From Bacteroidales bacterium (GTDB lineage Bacteria; Bacteroidota; Bacteroidia; Bacteroidales; JAGOPY01): DNA of 64,000 nucleotides. This document shows positions 1 to 9,787 of the stretch, one piece after another. Made by a program: the position numbers and the translations under genes. The stretch spans positions 9,089-73,088 of the forward strand of contig JALNZD010000018.1 in the NCBI GenBank assembly GCA_023229505.1. The letters run 5' to 3'. The first letter of the stretch is position 1, and every line of letters starts with the position of its first letter. The notes below the pieces were generated by a model, which saw only the letters and a list, made by a program, of their open reading frames with translations, searched no databases and had not been told where the DNA came from.

Positions 1-973
1 AGTACTCTCTAGCAGAATCTTCAATTTTATTATCTTCAAGTAATAATTCTTTAATATATTTATCATCATGTGTAGTGCTATACACTTGCAACCCTTTTTT
101 ATAATTTGCAAGTTTTACCTCCTTTTCTTTAAGGGTTTCTGATATTTGGTTTAACTTCTCACCTAAATCTTCCCTTTCTGCCATTTCTAATTGGTTCATA
201 AGTTCTTTTATTGTTCTATTCAAGTTTTCGATAGAATTATTTGCTTCCTTCTCGGGATTGTTTTTTATTTCTTCTAACTGTTTATTTCTTCGTTCTAGAT
301 CAAGCAATTTATTATCACTTTCGTTCAATTTATTTTTAAAGCTTTCGATATTACTTTGTTCTTCATATAATTTTCTTTCAATAGTTTTTAATTCATTCTG
401 TCTTTCTTGTAGAAGCTCTTTTAACGCTAAAACCTTACCTTGACAATTTAACAATTCGTCATTTTTATCTTGTATTTTTTGTTCCAAATCACGTATCATT
501 TCATCTGGGTTAATATATTCATCGAATTGATTTTGCTCTAAATCTTCAATAGCTTTCTGCAAATCTCTTCTCAATGAAGGAAGGTCTTTTTCCGAATAGA
601 GGATATGAGATAAATTTCTTATATCAAAAGGTGCGTCATCAATCTTTTGAGTGATAATAATGGTATTTGAATTTCCAATTGCATGAGCAAAGCCAAGTTC
701 ATAAAAAACATTTGCATTCTTATTTGTAGTATCAACAATGCAGTATTTTGCTTTTTTAATGTTTTGACAAATCCGTTTACACCATATATCTCCTGTATCA
801 TATTTTGAATCTGCTCTTTCGCAAATAAAGTTCTTCGTGACGATAGCTCTTATTGTTTGATCAATTATGTCAAAAGTGTTTTTAAATCCATCAAATGGCA
901 TCATTACGAAAATAAAATTGTCAGTTTTTTTTACATTATAGGGACAATTTTTTGTAAATTTTGAACAGAACAT
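1..973 (-). CDS. Partial CDS (C-terminus lies beyond window start): N-terminal nucleoside 2-deoxyribosyltransferase/TIR-like domain fused to a long coiled-coil
   Basis: Absent from the ORF track because it is open at the window edge. Minus-strand ATG at 971-973; the frame stays open to base 1. Own translation: MFCSKFTKNCPYNVKKTDNFIFVMMPFDGFKNTFDIIDQTIRAIV...NVFYELGFAHAIGNSNTIIITQKIDDAPFDIRN, followed by about 200 aa of charged heptad-like sequence (EQKIQDKNDELLNCQGKVLALKELLQERQNELKTIERKLYEEQSNIESFKNKLNE...). The FxxMPF ... FYELGxAxxxG pattern recalls the NDT/TIR-like superfamily. Family call is from motif memory only. Confidence 0.6.
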   Translation of the reverse strand, partial: MFCSKFTKNCPYNVKKTDNFIFVMMPFDGFKNTFDIIDQTIRAIVTKNFICERADSKYDTGDIWCKRICQNIKKAKYCIVDTTNKNANVFYELGFAHAIGNSNTIIITQKIDDAPFDIRNLSHILYSEKDLPSLRRDLQKAIEDLEQNQFDEYINPDEMIRDLEQKIQDKNDELLNCQGKVLALKELLQERQNELKTIERKLYEEQSNIESFKNKLNESDNKLLDLERRNKQLEEIKNNPEKEANNSIENLNRTIKELMNQLEMAEREDLGEKLNQISETLKEKEVKLANYKKGLQVYSTTHDDKYIKELLLEDNKIEDSAREY

Positions 974-1256
974 AATATTAAAATTTAGAATCAATATTTT
1001 ACTAAAAACTTTTGAATATATTTTAAGTCACCGATAAGTTATTTTGTCCCTTGATTTTTCATTGCCCTTGCCCCTACCTTATACCCGCTATCCCTGCAAT
1101 CCTATATACATCCTATAAGCATGTGGATAGGCGATGAAGTGTAGCGTGTTAGTTTAGGGCACCTCGAAAAACTAGTTTATGCCCGTTTATTAACGACTTA
1201 AAATTACAACATGGTTATCTGAAAACCTAATTTTTACCTCCCTGCTTTTTATTTAT

Positions 1257-3608
1257 CTATATCAATATTTTGCAAAACAGATGGATCCGCCCAGTATGCA
1301 TATCTTTCAATTTAATCTGACAAATAAATAAACCTTTGGTAAAGAAGTTTGTATTTACTATCATTTTAATCTCATTATCATAATTATAAGAAAGAACGAC
1401 CCGGCCATCCGCAGATATAATTTTCACACCAATAATACGCCAGGTATCGGGGTCGGCCACACTTATATTAATTTGATCTGTTGCCGGCACCGGGTAAATA
1501 ATGACTTCAGGGATTGAAAGACTGTCTTCATCAAGTCCTGAAACAGGAGGAAAACCAGAACCGGCAAAGTATTCCAGCCCACCCGAAAAATTCCCGGCAA
1601 TTAATTCAGGGTACCCATTCTGGTCAAGGTCAAACAGGGCTGGAGCCGATCTGTACCCACGGTCTGCTTTGAATTCCTGCAAGCCAATCAGGCCAGCCAG
1701 GGTGTCGGATAAAGTAAATTCCCCTTCAAGGTTCCCATCAATCCCTGTAAAATATAAAACATCCCCTTTTTCAGAACCCACCAGCAGATGGGTCTGATCC
1801 TGCGCATCCCTGTAAAAAAAAGGTACACTAAAGCCATCCAGCGAAATGGAATAATCAATCACGTTCACCTTTCCCAGGCTGTCAGTCACAAGCGTAAAAC
1901 CGGGATTTTGCATTGTTCCTGTATTCTTGTAAAAATTGATATTTCCCCCCTTTTCTCCGATGATAAGGTCGCTCAGGTTATCGCGGTCGAGATCAAAAAG
2001 TTGAGGCGTGCTAAATGCGCCCACATCGATGTCCTGGAAATTTAACTGACTTAAGGCCAGACTCATAGGCTCTCCGGGGCTTGCTGTATTAAGATAATAA
2101 ATGATCGTTCCATCTTCACAACCCAGGAGCATATCAACATCATTGTCCCCATCGAGATCACCGAAAGCAGGGGCCAGTCCTTTCAGGTCTAAGGAAGAAA
2201 CGCCTGCAAAATCACGATCCATAAAGGTAAAGGCAGGTTGCTCCGTTGTCCCGGTATTCCTTAGCCAGGCAACCTGGCTTGTATGCTCCGTATGCAGTGT
2301 CATGAACTGATCATAATAAGAAGTGTCATAGTATCCATAATTCCCGATTAGCAGGTCCGTCAGGCCATCCTGGTCAATATCCCAGAATACCGGGTAAGCC
2401 CCGGCACCCACATCGATCATTTGGTCCTGCAAAAAAGACCTGGACTTCAAATTAAACTGGGGCTGGTCATTACTGCCATCATTATGATAAAACCAGGCAC
2501 TTTGAAAATTATTGCTTAGAAATGGATTGGGATCGAAGGGCGCTACAAGCAGGTCATTAATCCCATCATTGTCAAAATCATCATAGAAAGCCGCTGGCAT
2601 GGAAAACAGATTAATGGGGACTCCGTCTGTAGGATATTGCCAGTCAAACGACACCATCCGTGCCGTATCAGCATTCCCTCCATTATATAAGGCAACCAGG
2701 TTAGGATAATCCACATCCCCCAGCAACAGGTCTATCAAATTATCACCATTTAATTCCAGGAGACGGAAGGTTGAACCGGTATGGCGTTCTTCCCGGTTCG
2801 CAGTTCCCAGTTCCCAGTTCCCAGTTCGCAGTTCCCAGTTCGCAGTTCCCAGTTCCAGGCTTCCATGCTCCCATGCTTCCCCGCTTTCGCACCTCAGGCA
2901 AGTATCAAGCGTAATCAGGTTCGATTCATCGCTTTCGGCAAAATAGCCCCAGCAGAAGTCTGTCTTCATGAAATCCAGCGAATCGCGCTTACCGTATTTC
3001 TCCATCGACATATTCCGGTGCTTTTCCACGAAAGAGCCCAGTCCCCAGAAGGTAAGTATATCCAGGTCACCGTCGCCATCAAGGTCACAGATGGCAGGGT
3101 AATCAGCATAGGTAACGAGGATGTTGACGTATCCCCCACCCTGGAAAGAAGTGAGGAAGGGATATACTTCCAGCCTGAAATCAAGATGGGTCAGTGAGAT
3201 ATTCCGATAGACCTTTAACCCGGCATAACCGGGAGAATAAGTGAAGATATCCTCTTTTCCATCGCCGTCATAATCTGTAAAAATTGCCCAATGAGAGAGT
3301 TGGGGAAAATACTCCGCGTATTCCGGAGCATATTCATAATCAAATATTTCGCCAGATTGGACTGTCAGGAAAGGCATGATCCGGTCACCTGTCCGGTCGA
3401 AGACGATAAGGTCTTTCAGCCCATCGAGGTCAATATCCAGCTTATAAAACTGGCAGGAATTCATGCCACCGGCCCAGGGAAACTGAAAATTATGGCGATC
3501 GGAAGCAAATACCTTAACTGATGTTGGCTTGTCCTGACCTGAAATGGGATTTAAAACCAAAATAAAGGAAATAAAAATCAACATGGGATATCTGAGATCA
3601 CATGGCAT
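1257..3608 (-). CDS. FG-GAP/VCBS-repeat (integrin-alpha-like propeller) secreted protein with T9SS type A C-terminal sorting domain
   Basis: 801-aa ORF with repeated Ca-binding-like DxDxDG motifs (DLDGDGDLDILT, DIDQDGLTDLLIG, DLDGDNDVDMLLG, DLDRDNLSDLIIG, DLDQNGYPELIAG). C-terminal IYPVPATDQINISV... tail is typical of Por/T9SS cargo. The track start at 3662 is GTG. In-frame ATGs at 3608 (MPCDLRYPMLIFISFILVLNPISGQ) or 3584 give a signal peptide, so the start is uncertain. Confidence 0.8.
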   Translation of the reverse strand: MPCDLRYPMLIFISFILVLNPISGQDKPTSVKVFASDRHNFQFPWAGGMNSCQFYKLDIDLDGLKDLIVFDRTGDRIMPFLTVQSGEIFDYEYAPEYAEYFPQLSHWAIFTDYDGDGKEDIFTYSPGYAGLKVYRNISLTHLDFRLEVYPFLTSFQGGGYVNILVTYADYPAICDLDGDGDLDILTFWGLGSFVEKHRNMSMEKYGKRDSLDFMKTDFCWGYFAESDESNLITLDTCLRCESGEAWEHGSLELGTANWELRTGNWELGTANREERHTGSTFRLLELNGDNLIDLLLGDVDYPNLVALYNGGNADTARMVSFDWQYPTDGVPINLFSMPAAFYDDFDNDGINDLLVAPFDPNPFLSNNFQSAWFYHNDGSNDQPQFNLKSRSFLQDQMIDVGAGAYPVFWDIDQDGLTDLLIGNYGYYDTSYYDQFMTLHTEHTSQVAWLRNTGTTEQPAFTFMDRDFAGVSSLDLKGLAPAFGDLDGDNDVDMLLGCEDGTIIYYLNTASPGEPMSLALSQLNFQDIDVGAFSTPQLFDLDRDNLSDLIIGEKGGNINFYKNTGTMQNPGFTLVTDSLGKVNVIDYSISLDGFSVPFFYRDAQDQTHLLVGSEKGDVLYFTGIDGNLEGEFTLSDTLAGLIGLQEFKADRGYRSAPALFDLDQNGYPELIAGNFSGGLEYFAGSGFPPVSGLDEDSLSIPEVIIYPVPATDQINISVADPDTWRIIGVKIISADGRVVLSYNYDNEIKMIVNTNFFTKGLFICQIKLKDMHTGRIHLFCKILI
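2795..2881. repeat. Tandem micro-array inside the FG-GAP CDS: 9 x 7 nt (GTTCSCA) then 3 x 8 nt (GCTYCCMY)
   Basis: Direct reading gives gttcgca gttccca gttccca gttccca gttcgca gttccca gttcgca gttccca gttccag, then gcttccat gctcccat gcttcccc. The total is 87 nt, a multiple of 3. Confidence 0.9.
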
Positions 3609-3716
3609 GGTTAAGGTTTTTTCTTTCAAAGATAGGAAAGATAGGTCACAATAGAGAGACACATAGGGGGATTACCTTTTTTCCGTACTTTTACAACATA
3701 ATCAAAAATACAGATT

Positions 3717-4880
3717 ATGTCAAAGATCCTCGTCGTAGATGATGAAAAAAGCATACGCAACACCCTGAGGGATATCCTTGGGTATGAGAAATACGAGGTC
3801 AGTGATGCAGATTCCGGTATCACAGCATTGGAAATGCTTAAGCAGGCCGAGTTTGACGTCATCCTGCTCGATATCAAAATGCCGCAGATGGATGGCATGG
3901 AGGTACTGGACCATATTCTAAGCGAATACGACACGCCGGTAATCATGATCTCCGGTCACGGTACCATTGAAACAGCCGTTGAAGCAATCAAAAAAGGAGC
4001 CTTTGATTATATCGCCAAACCCCTCGACCTCAACCGCCTGCTCGTCACCATCCGCAATGCCCTTGATAAATCACGCCTGCTGTCGGAAACCAAGTTCCTG
4101 AAGAAAAAAGTCAGCAAAAAGTATGAGATGATAGGGGATTCAGAAGTAATGAAGGGTATCTTCGAAATGATCGACCGGGTAGCACCGACCCATGCCCGTG
4201 TACTCATCACCGGGGATAACGGCACCGGTAAGGAATTGGTGGCAAGGCAACTGCACGAGAAAAGTCAGCGTTCCAAAGGACCCTTTATCGAAGTGAACTG
4301 CGCGGCTATCCCTTCGGAACTGATCGAAAGCAACCTGTTCGGGCACGAAAAAGGATCTTTCACATCAGCCATCAAGCAACGCAAAGGTGATTTTGAACTG
4401 GCAAGCGGGGGCACTTTATTCCTCGATGAGATCGGTGACATGAGCCTTTCTGCGCAGGCTAAGGTGCTCAGGGCTTTGCAGGAGAACAAGATCATGCGGG
4501 TCGGTGGCGAAAAGGATATCCCGGTAGATGTCCGTGTGATAGCCGCCACCAATAAGAACCTCACGGAAGAGATCACCGCCGGCAGGTTCAGGGAAGACCT
4601 CTACCACCGCCTGAGCGTCATCATTATCCATGTTCCGCTTCTCCACGAAAGAAAGGATGATATTCCGCTGCTCGCCAATTATTTTATGGAAGAAATCTGC
4701 GCCGAGCAGGGCAAACCCATGATTTTCTTTACCGATGATGCCCTCCGGGAGCTCATGCAGATGAAATGGACGGGAAATATCCGTGAATTGCGAAATGTGG
4801 TGGAACGGTTGACTATCCTCTGCGATGGGCAGATCGAGGAGGCAGATGTGGTAAAATTTGCACAGCCTCTGGTTAAATAA
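3717..4880 (+). CDS. Sigma-54-dependent response regulator (REC + AAA+ enhancer-binding domain), no C-terminal HTH
   Basis: REC domain (ILVVDDE..., VILLDIKMPQMDG). Walker A GDNGTGKE, Walker B TLFLDEIGD, R-finger region NIRELRNVVERL. The GAFTGA loop is present as GSFTSA. The protein ends about 25 aa after the AAA+ module. Confidence 0.9.
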   Translation: MSKILVVDDEKSIRNTLRDILGYEKYEVSDADSGITALEMLKQAEFDVILLDIKMPQMDGMEVLDHILSEYDTPVIMISGHGTIETAVEAIKKGAFDYIAKPLDLNRLLVTIRNALDKSRLLSETKFLKKKVSKKYEMIGDSEVMKGIFEMIDRVAPTHARVLITGDNGTGKELVARQLHEKSQRSKGPFIEVNCAAIPSELIESNLFGHEKGSFTSAIKQRKGDFELASGGTLFLDEIGDMSLSAQAKVLRALQENKIMRVGGEKDIPVDVRVIAATNKNLTEEITAGRFREDLYHRLSVIIIHVPLLHERKDDIPLLANYFMEEICAEQGKPMIFFTDDALRELMQMKWTGNIRELRNVVERLTILCDGQIEEADVVKFAQPLVK

Positions 4881-4885
4881 GATTG

Positions 4886-6049
4886 CTATTCAATAACAAC
4901 AGTTTTCAGGGCTCCTGTTTCCATGTCAAATTCTACCCGTTTAAATTCGGGCGGCAATGATTGGATAGCACCGAGCTGTAATATTTCCAATCTCTTTGAA
5001 TCCAGTTCCTTCCCCTGAAAAGATAAAACTGCCGTGACTATTCGGGGAACCCGGTAAACAAACCCTGTAGCGGACTGTCCGGTTTCAAGCTCACCAGGCA
5101 TCATATTCACAGCATCTGACAACAAGCTGATATTGACATCATTCTGCCCATCCGGGGTGGCCATCCCGCTGCTCTTTAAAAATGCAGCCAGCCTATATTC
5201 TTGCTCTTCTTTCCCGGCATCAGGAAAAAACTGATATTTGAATTTTAATGTCTCTTTAACACTGACACCGGTGAATAACTTCAGGTATTCCACCCTTTGT
5301 TCTTCAAGCTTGTTATACATGAACTCCAGCGCTTCCCGGGAATAGGCAGTCTCCTGGTAACCAACCATCAGGTTGTATTTGTCCCGCTCAATCTGCCGGA
5401 TTTGGTCAGATGCCTCCTGTGCTTTCTCACGGTCTGTGAATTCAACCATTGAGCGCTTGAATATCTTTTCTTCCAAAATGAGGGTATCAATACTTACTTT
5501 TCTGATCACGGTATCAATGACTTCCCGGGTAGGAGATTCTGTGTATTTCTTATAAAGATTCACGGGATCATGTGCGATGAATAGATTTTCATTCCAGCTG
5601 GCAAAGCCTTGAGGAATTATTGCTTTATCAAATTTTTCCAGGGTAACCAACGGGGTTGATTTTCCGAAAGAAATCCAGATCTCTCCGGATGACTTCTCTT
5701 CTTTTTCGATCAGGTAAACTTGATTGGGATCCGTTTCCGTAGAAGTAAATATAGTAGCGTTTTCGAAAACATAATTCACCGAACTTTTCGTGATCACTTC
5801 ATCGAGGCCTAAATACTCCCCCGCAAATTCAGCAAGCGGACCAGGAAATTGCTGTGTTTTTGAGATCCACAAATCAACATGGATCTGGGTTCGCGGTAAT
5901 GTGTAAACAACACCTTGTTTTCCTGACAGCATTTCCGGACCTGTTACTTTCGATACCCTGACCTGAGCAATAATGCCATAAGGGCCATGGAGTATCAATA
6001 TGATCAAAATGGCTAAAAATTTCATGCGCTTAAACAATATATTTTTCAT
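4886..6049 (-). CDS. Hypothetical secreted protein (possibly DUF4831-like)
   Basis: 387-aa ORF with ATG start and signal peptide MKNILFKRMKFLAILIILILHGPYGIIAQ. Tightly spaced downstream of glnN on the same strand. Family assignment is weak. Confidence 0.6.
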   Translation of the reverse strand: MKNILFKRMKFLAILIILILHGPYGIIAQVRVSKVTGPEMLSGKQGVVYTLPRTQIHVDLWISKTQQFPGPLAEFAGEYLGLDEVITKSSVNYVFENATIFTSTETDPNQVYLIEKEEKSSGEIWISFGKSTPLVTLEKFDKAIIPQGFASWNENLFIAHDPVNLYKKYTESPTREVIDTVIRKVSIDTLILEEKIFKRSMVEFTDREKAQEASDQIRQIERDKYNLMVGYQETAYSREALEFMYNKLEEQRVEYLKLFTGVSVKETLKFKYQFFPDAGKEEQEYRLAAFLKSSGMATPDGQNDVNISLLSDAVNMMPGELETGQSATGFVYRVPRIVTAVLSFQGKELDSKRLEILQLGAIQSLPPEFKRVEFDMETGALKTVVIE

Positions 6050-6066
6050 CGTGGAGAATATAAGTC

Positions 6067-8259
6067 CTACTTCAGAAACATGATCTCACGGTATTTAGGT
6101 AGCGGCCACAGTTCATCATCCACCAGTAATTCCAGCTTATCAGTATGATACCGTATAATATCAAAGTAAGGCTTTACTTTTTCATCATAGGCTGTGGCCA
6201 TCTCTTCCATTGTTGCCATCCTGTTGGCTTTTTTCCGCTCCTGCAGCATTAATTCAACGTTTATTTTAACCTGGCTGATATGTTCCGATATCTCTTTAAT
6301 CGTATCAACCTGGTTTTTTGACAGTTTCACATAAGTTTTTGCATCCAGCACCTCTTTCAGCCCCATGGCATTTTCGATCAGGGTATTCTGATACCGGATC
6401 GCGGTAGGAATCAGATGGTTCTTTGCCAGGTCGCCGAACATACGGGATTCGATTTGTAACTTCCGTGCAAAGCTTTCAAGTTTGATCTCATACCTGGCAT
6501 GAAGCTCCCGTTCCGTAAAGACATTATGCTCTCCGAATAGTCTTATGGTTTTAGCGGAGATATACGTCTTAACGGCCTTCGGTGTTGAACGGATGTTGGA
6601 TAGCCCTCTCTGTGCAGCCTCTTTGATCCATTCTTCGCTGTAACTGTTTCCTTCGAAGCGGATATTCTTCGATTCAGTGATATATCGCTTTAGCACCTGG
6701 AATATAGCTTCATCTTTTCTTACTTTATCAGCGATCAGATTATCGACATCATTTTTGAACTTCCTGAGCTGATCCGCCATGATAGTATTCAGGATGATCA
6801 TAGCCCTGGCACAGGTATCAGATGAACCAACGGCCCTGAACTCGAACTTATTCCCGGTAAAGGCAAAGGGTGAAGTGCGGTTACGGTCGGTGTTATCCCG
6901 GAGAATTTCAGGGATTTTGGAGATGTTCACGTTCAGCTCTTCCTGCAAGGCCTGTGTAACCTTGCCTTTTTTAACCTTTTTCTCGATTTCATCCAGGATT
7001 TTAGTCAGATGTGAACCGATAAAAGCCGAAATGATTGCCGGCGGGGCTTCGTTGGCGCCAAGGCGCAGGTCATTCTCGGCCGAGGCGATGCCGGCCCGTA
7101 GTAAGTCAGCATGCTCGTAAACGGCGCGTAAGATATTAACGATAAAGACGATGAACTGGAGGTTTGACTTTGATGATTTACCGGGAGAAAGGAGGTTCAC
7201 TCCGGTATTGGTGCTCATCGACCAGTTATTATGTTTACCTGAACCGTTAACACTGGCGAAAGGTTTCTCGTGTAACAGTACGGTAAAATTATGATGGTTT
7301 GCCACCTTTTTCATCAGGTGCATCAAGAGCTGATTATGGTCAACAGCGAGATTGGCTTCTTCATAAATGGGAGCGCACTCATACTGGTTGGGCGCTACTT
7401 CGTTATGACGGGTTTTCAGCGGTATGCCGAGGCGGTGTGATTCATATTCGACATCGCGCATGTAATTGGCTACCCTTTCGTGTATGCTCCCAAAATAATG
7501 ATCGGAAAGCTGCTGGTCTTTTGCTGAAGGATGACCGAACAAGGTACGGCCGGTGAGCACCAGGTCGGGCCTGGCAGCAAAAAGGGCCGAATCGATCAGA
7601 AAGTACTCTTGCTCCCATCCCAATGTTGCGATTACTTTGGTCACATCCTTGTCGAAATACTGGCAAACATCCACAGCGGCATTATCGAGTGAGTGAAGCG
7701 CTTTTAGCAGCGGGGTTTTATAATCAAGAGCTTCACCGGTATATGAAACGAAAATCGTTGGGATACACAGTGTGCCATCAAGAATAAAAGCCGGTGAAGT
7801 TGGGTCCCATGCCGTATATCCTCTGGCTTCAAAGGTATTTCGTATCCCACCACTCGGAAAGCTTGAAGCATCGGGTTCCGCCTGGACAAGCTGGTCTCCG
7901 TTGAAATTTTCGACGGCTTTCCCATCGTCAACAGGTACGATGAAAGCATCGTGTTTTTCGGCGGTAGCCCCGGTCAACGGGTGAAACCAGTGGGTATAGT
8001 GTGTTGCCCCTTTACTGATCGCCCATGTTTTCATTGATGCTGCCACCTGGTCGGCAACCCGGCGATCGATCTTCTCCCCGCTTTCCATAGCATTCATTAC
8101 GCCTTTGAAGGCTTCCTTAGAAAGGAATTCCCGCATGACGCCTATGCCAAAGGTCATCTCACCAAAATATTCCGATATTTTTTTTCCGTTGGAAAGAGGT
8201 TTCTTATCGAATGACCTGGACAAAGAAATTTCCAGTGCTTTAAATCTAAAATTACTCAT
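6067..8259 (-). CDS. glnN: Glutamine synthetase type III
   Basis: 730 aa, near-collinear with remembered Bacteroides GSIII: HYTHWFHPLTGATAEKHD, EPDASSFPSGGIRNTFEARGYTAWD, KTRHNEVAPNQYE, GSGKHNNWS, RLGANEAPPAI, TDRNRTSPFAFTGNKFEFRA, WPLPKYREIMF. Confidence 0.95.
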   Translation of the reverse strand: MSNFRFKALEISLSRSFDKKPLSNGKKISEYFGEMTFGIGVMREFLSKEAFKGVMNAMESGEKIDRRVADQVAASMKTWAISKGATHYTHWFHPLTGATAEKHDAFIVPVDDGKAVENFNGDQLVQAEPDASSFPSGGIRNTFEARGYTAWDPTSPAFILDGTLCIPTIFVSYTGEALDYKTPLLKALHSLDNAAVDVCQYFDKDVTKVIATLGWEQEYFLIDSALFAARPDLVLTGRTLFGHPSAKDQQLSDHYFGSIHERVANYMRDVEYESHRLGIPLKTRHNEVAPNQYECAPIYEEANLAVDHNQLLMHLMKKVANHHNFTVLLHEKPFASVNGSGKHNNWSMSTNTGVNLLSPGKSSKSNLQFIVFIVNILRAVYEHADLLRAGIASAENDLRLGANEAPPAIISAFIGSHLTKILDEIEKKVKKGKVTQALQEELNVNISKIPEILRDNTDRNRTSPFAFTGNKFEFRAVGSSDTCARAMIILNTIMADQLRKFKNDVDNLIADKVRKDEAIFQVLKRYITESKNIRFEGNSYSEEWIKEAAQRGLSNIRSTPKAVKTYISAKTIRLFGEHNVFTERELHARYEIKLESFARKLQIESRMFGDLAKNHLIPTAIRYQNTLIENAMGLKEVLDAKTYVKLSKNQVDTIKEISEHISQVKINVELMLQERKKANRMATMEEMATAYDEKVKPYFDIIRYHTDKLELLVDDELWPLPKYREIMFLK

Positions 8260-8278
8260 AGAATTAAATATGAATTAG

Positions 8279-9733
8279 TTAGTTAAAGTTTTTTTTACGA
8301 ATTAAGACTAAGCCAATAAATATAAAAATACCGTTAATGATTAAAAGCTCAAATCCAAAGTTATAACCATTTAATAACACTTGATCATATATGCTTAAAA
8401 AGTAGCAAAGCACAGGTGATATAAAAGCGATCAGCGGCACCCACCTGTCTTTTACCTTCCAGCGGGTAAACAGACCGAAAGCATAAAGCCCGAGCAGAGG
8501 TCCGTAAGTATAACCGGCGATCGTGAAGAGTTTGTCGATTACTGCCCTGTCATTAATAGCCCGAAAAATCACGATAACTGAGAGTAATAAAAGGGCAAAA
8601 CCTGCATGGACCATATACCTGGTCATTTCTTTCTGTTTTTCAGAAAGTTTTTCATTCTTGTTTATCCCAAGAAAATCGATACTGAATGAAGTTGTCAGTG
8701 AAGTAAGGGCCCCGTCGGCACTTGGATAAGCAGCGGAAATAAGCCCGATGATGAAGATGAGGCCTGCCAGAGGCCCCAAATGGTTGATGGCAACCATGGG
8801 GAACAGATCATCTGACCTTCCGGGCAGGCTTATCCCTTTCAGTGTCGTAAACAAGTAAAGGGAAGCCCCCAGGAACAGAAAGAGGAAATTCACAAAGACG
8901 AGCACAAGGCTGAAAGAAAACATATTTTTTTGGGCATCCTTAAGGGTACGGCAGCTCAGGTTCTTTTGCATCATTTCCTGGTCAAGCCCGGTCATAACGA
9001 TGGCAATAAAAGCCCCGCTGAACAATTGTTTCAGGTAAAATCGCCTGTCGTGCCAATCCCCGAAAACCATCTTTGAATATTCACTTTCCCATACCGAATT
9101 GAACATCTGCCTGAAATCCAGCCCCAGGTTTTTTGTGATCAGGTATATCGTCAGCACCAAAGCGGTCAGCATGAAAGTAGTCTGAACTGTATCCGTCCAG
9201 ATGATCGTTTTAATCCCGCCCTTAAAAGTATAAAGGAGAATCAGTATGATGAAGATCATTGTGGTAACGGTGAAAGGGATGCCCCAGGCATCGAAAACAA
9301 AAACCTGTAAGACATTAACCACCAGGAACATCCGGAAAGATGCGCCGATCGTACGGGAAATGAGGAAAAAGAATGCGCCTGTCTTGTAGGACCAGAACCC
9401 GAACCTTCCTTCAAGGTATGAATAGATAGAAGTGAGGTTCAGGCGGTAAAAAAGCGGCATCAGGACGGTTGCTATAACGAAGTAGCCGAAAAGGTAGCCA
9501 ATCACTACCATCATGTAAGAAAACTGAGTATCCCCAACCCATCCGGGGACTGACATAAATGTAACCCCTGAGAGGGAAGCCCCGATCATCCCGTAAGCGA
9601 CAACCATCCAGGGTGATTGCTTATTACCAATGAAAAAAGCCCGGTTTGTCGCTTTCCGGGCCGTCAGCCATGTTATAAAAAATAATAATACTGTATAGAG
9701 AAGAAAGACGATCAGTATCAGGGAAGGTTTCAC
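8279..9733 (-). CDS. Sodium:solute symporter family (SSF) transporter
   Basis: 484-aa polytopic membrane protein with SSF-like N-terminus (ARKATNRAFFIGNKQSPWMVVAYGMIGASLSGVTFMSVPG). GTG start at 9731-9733. Lies 19 nt upstream of glnN. Confidence 0.8.
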   Translation of the reverse strand: MKPSLILIVFLLYTVLLFFITWLTARKATNRAFFIGNKQSPWMVVAYGMIGASLSGVTFMSVPGWVGDTQFSYMMVVIGYLFGYFVIATVLMPLFYRLNLTSIYSYLEGRFGFWSYKTGAFFFLISRTIGASFRMFLVVNVLQVFVFDAWGIPFTVTTMIFIILILLYTFKGGIKTIIWTDTVQTTFMLTALVLTIYLITKNLGLDFRQMFNSVWESEYSKMVFGDWHDRRFYLKQLFSGAFIAIVMTGLDQEMMQKNLSCRTLKDAQKNMFSFSLVLVFVNFLFLFLGASLYLFTTLKGISLPGRSDDLFPMVAINHLGPLAGLIFIIGLISAAYPSADGALTSLTTSFSIDFLGINKNEKLSEKQKEMTRYMVHAGFALLLLSVIVIFRAINDRAVIDKLFTIAGYTYGPLLGLYAFGLFTRWKVKDRWVPLIAFISPVLCYFLSIYDQVLLNGYNFGFELLIINGIFIFIGLVLIRKKNFN

Positions 9734-9787
9734 GGAAGGTTGGTTAGTGGTTATTGGTTATTCGGAAATCATGCATCGTGTATCGCT

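Noticed and set aside
1162-1174. 13-mer CCTCGAAAAACTA shared with 48448-48460
   Set aside because: Tens of chance 13-mer matches are expected in a 64-kb window, and the flanks are unrelated.
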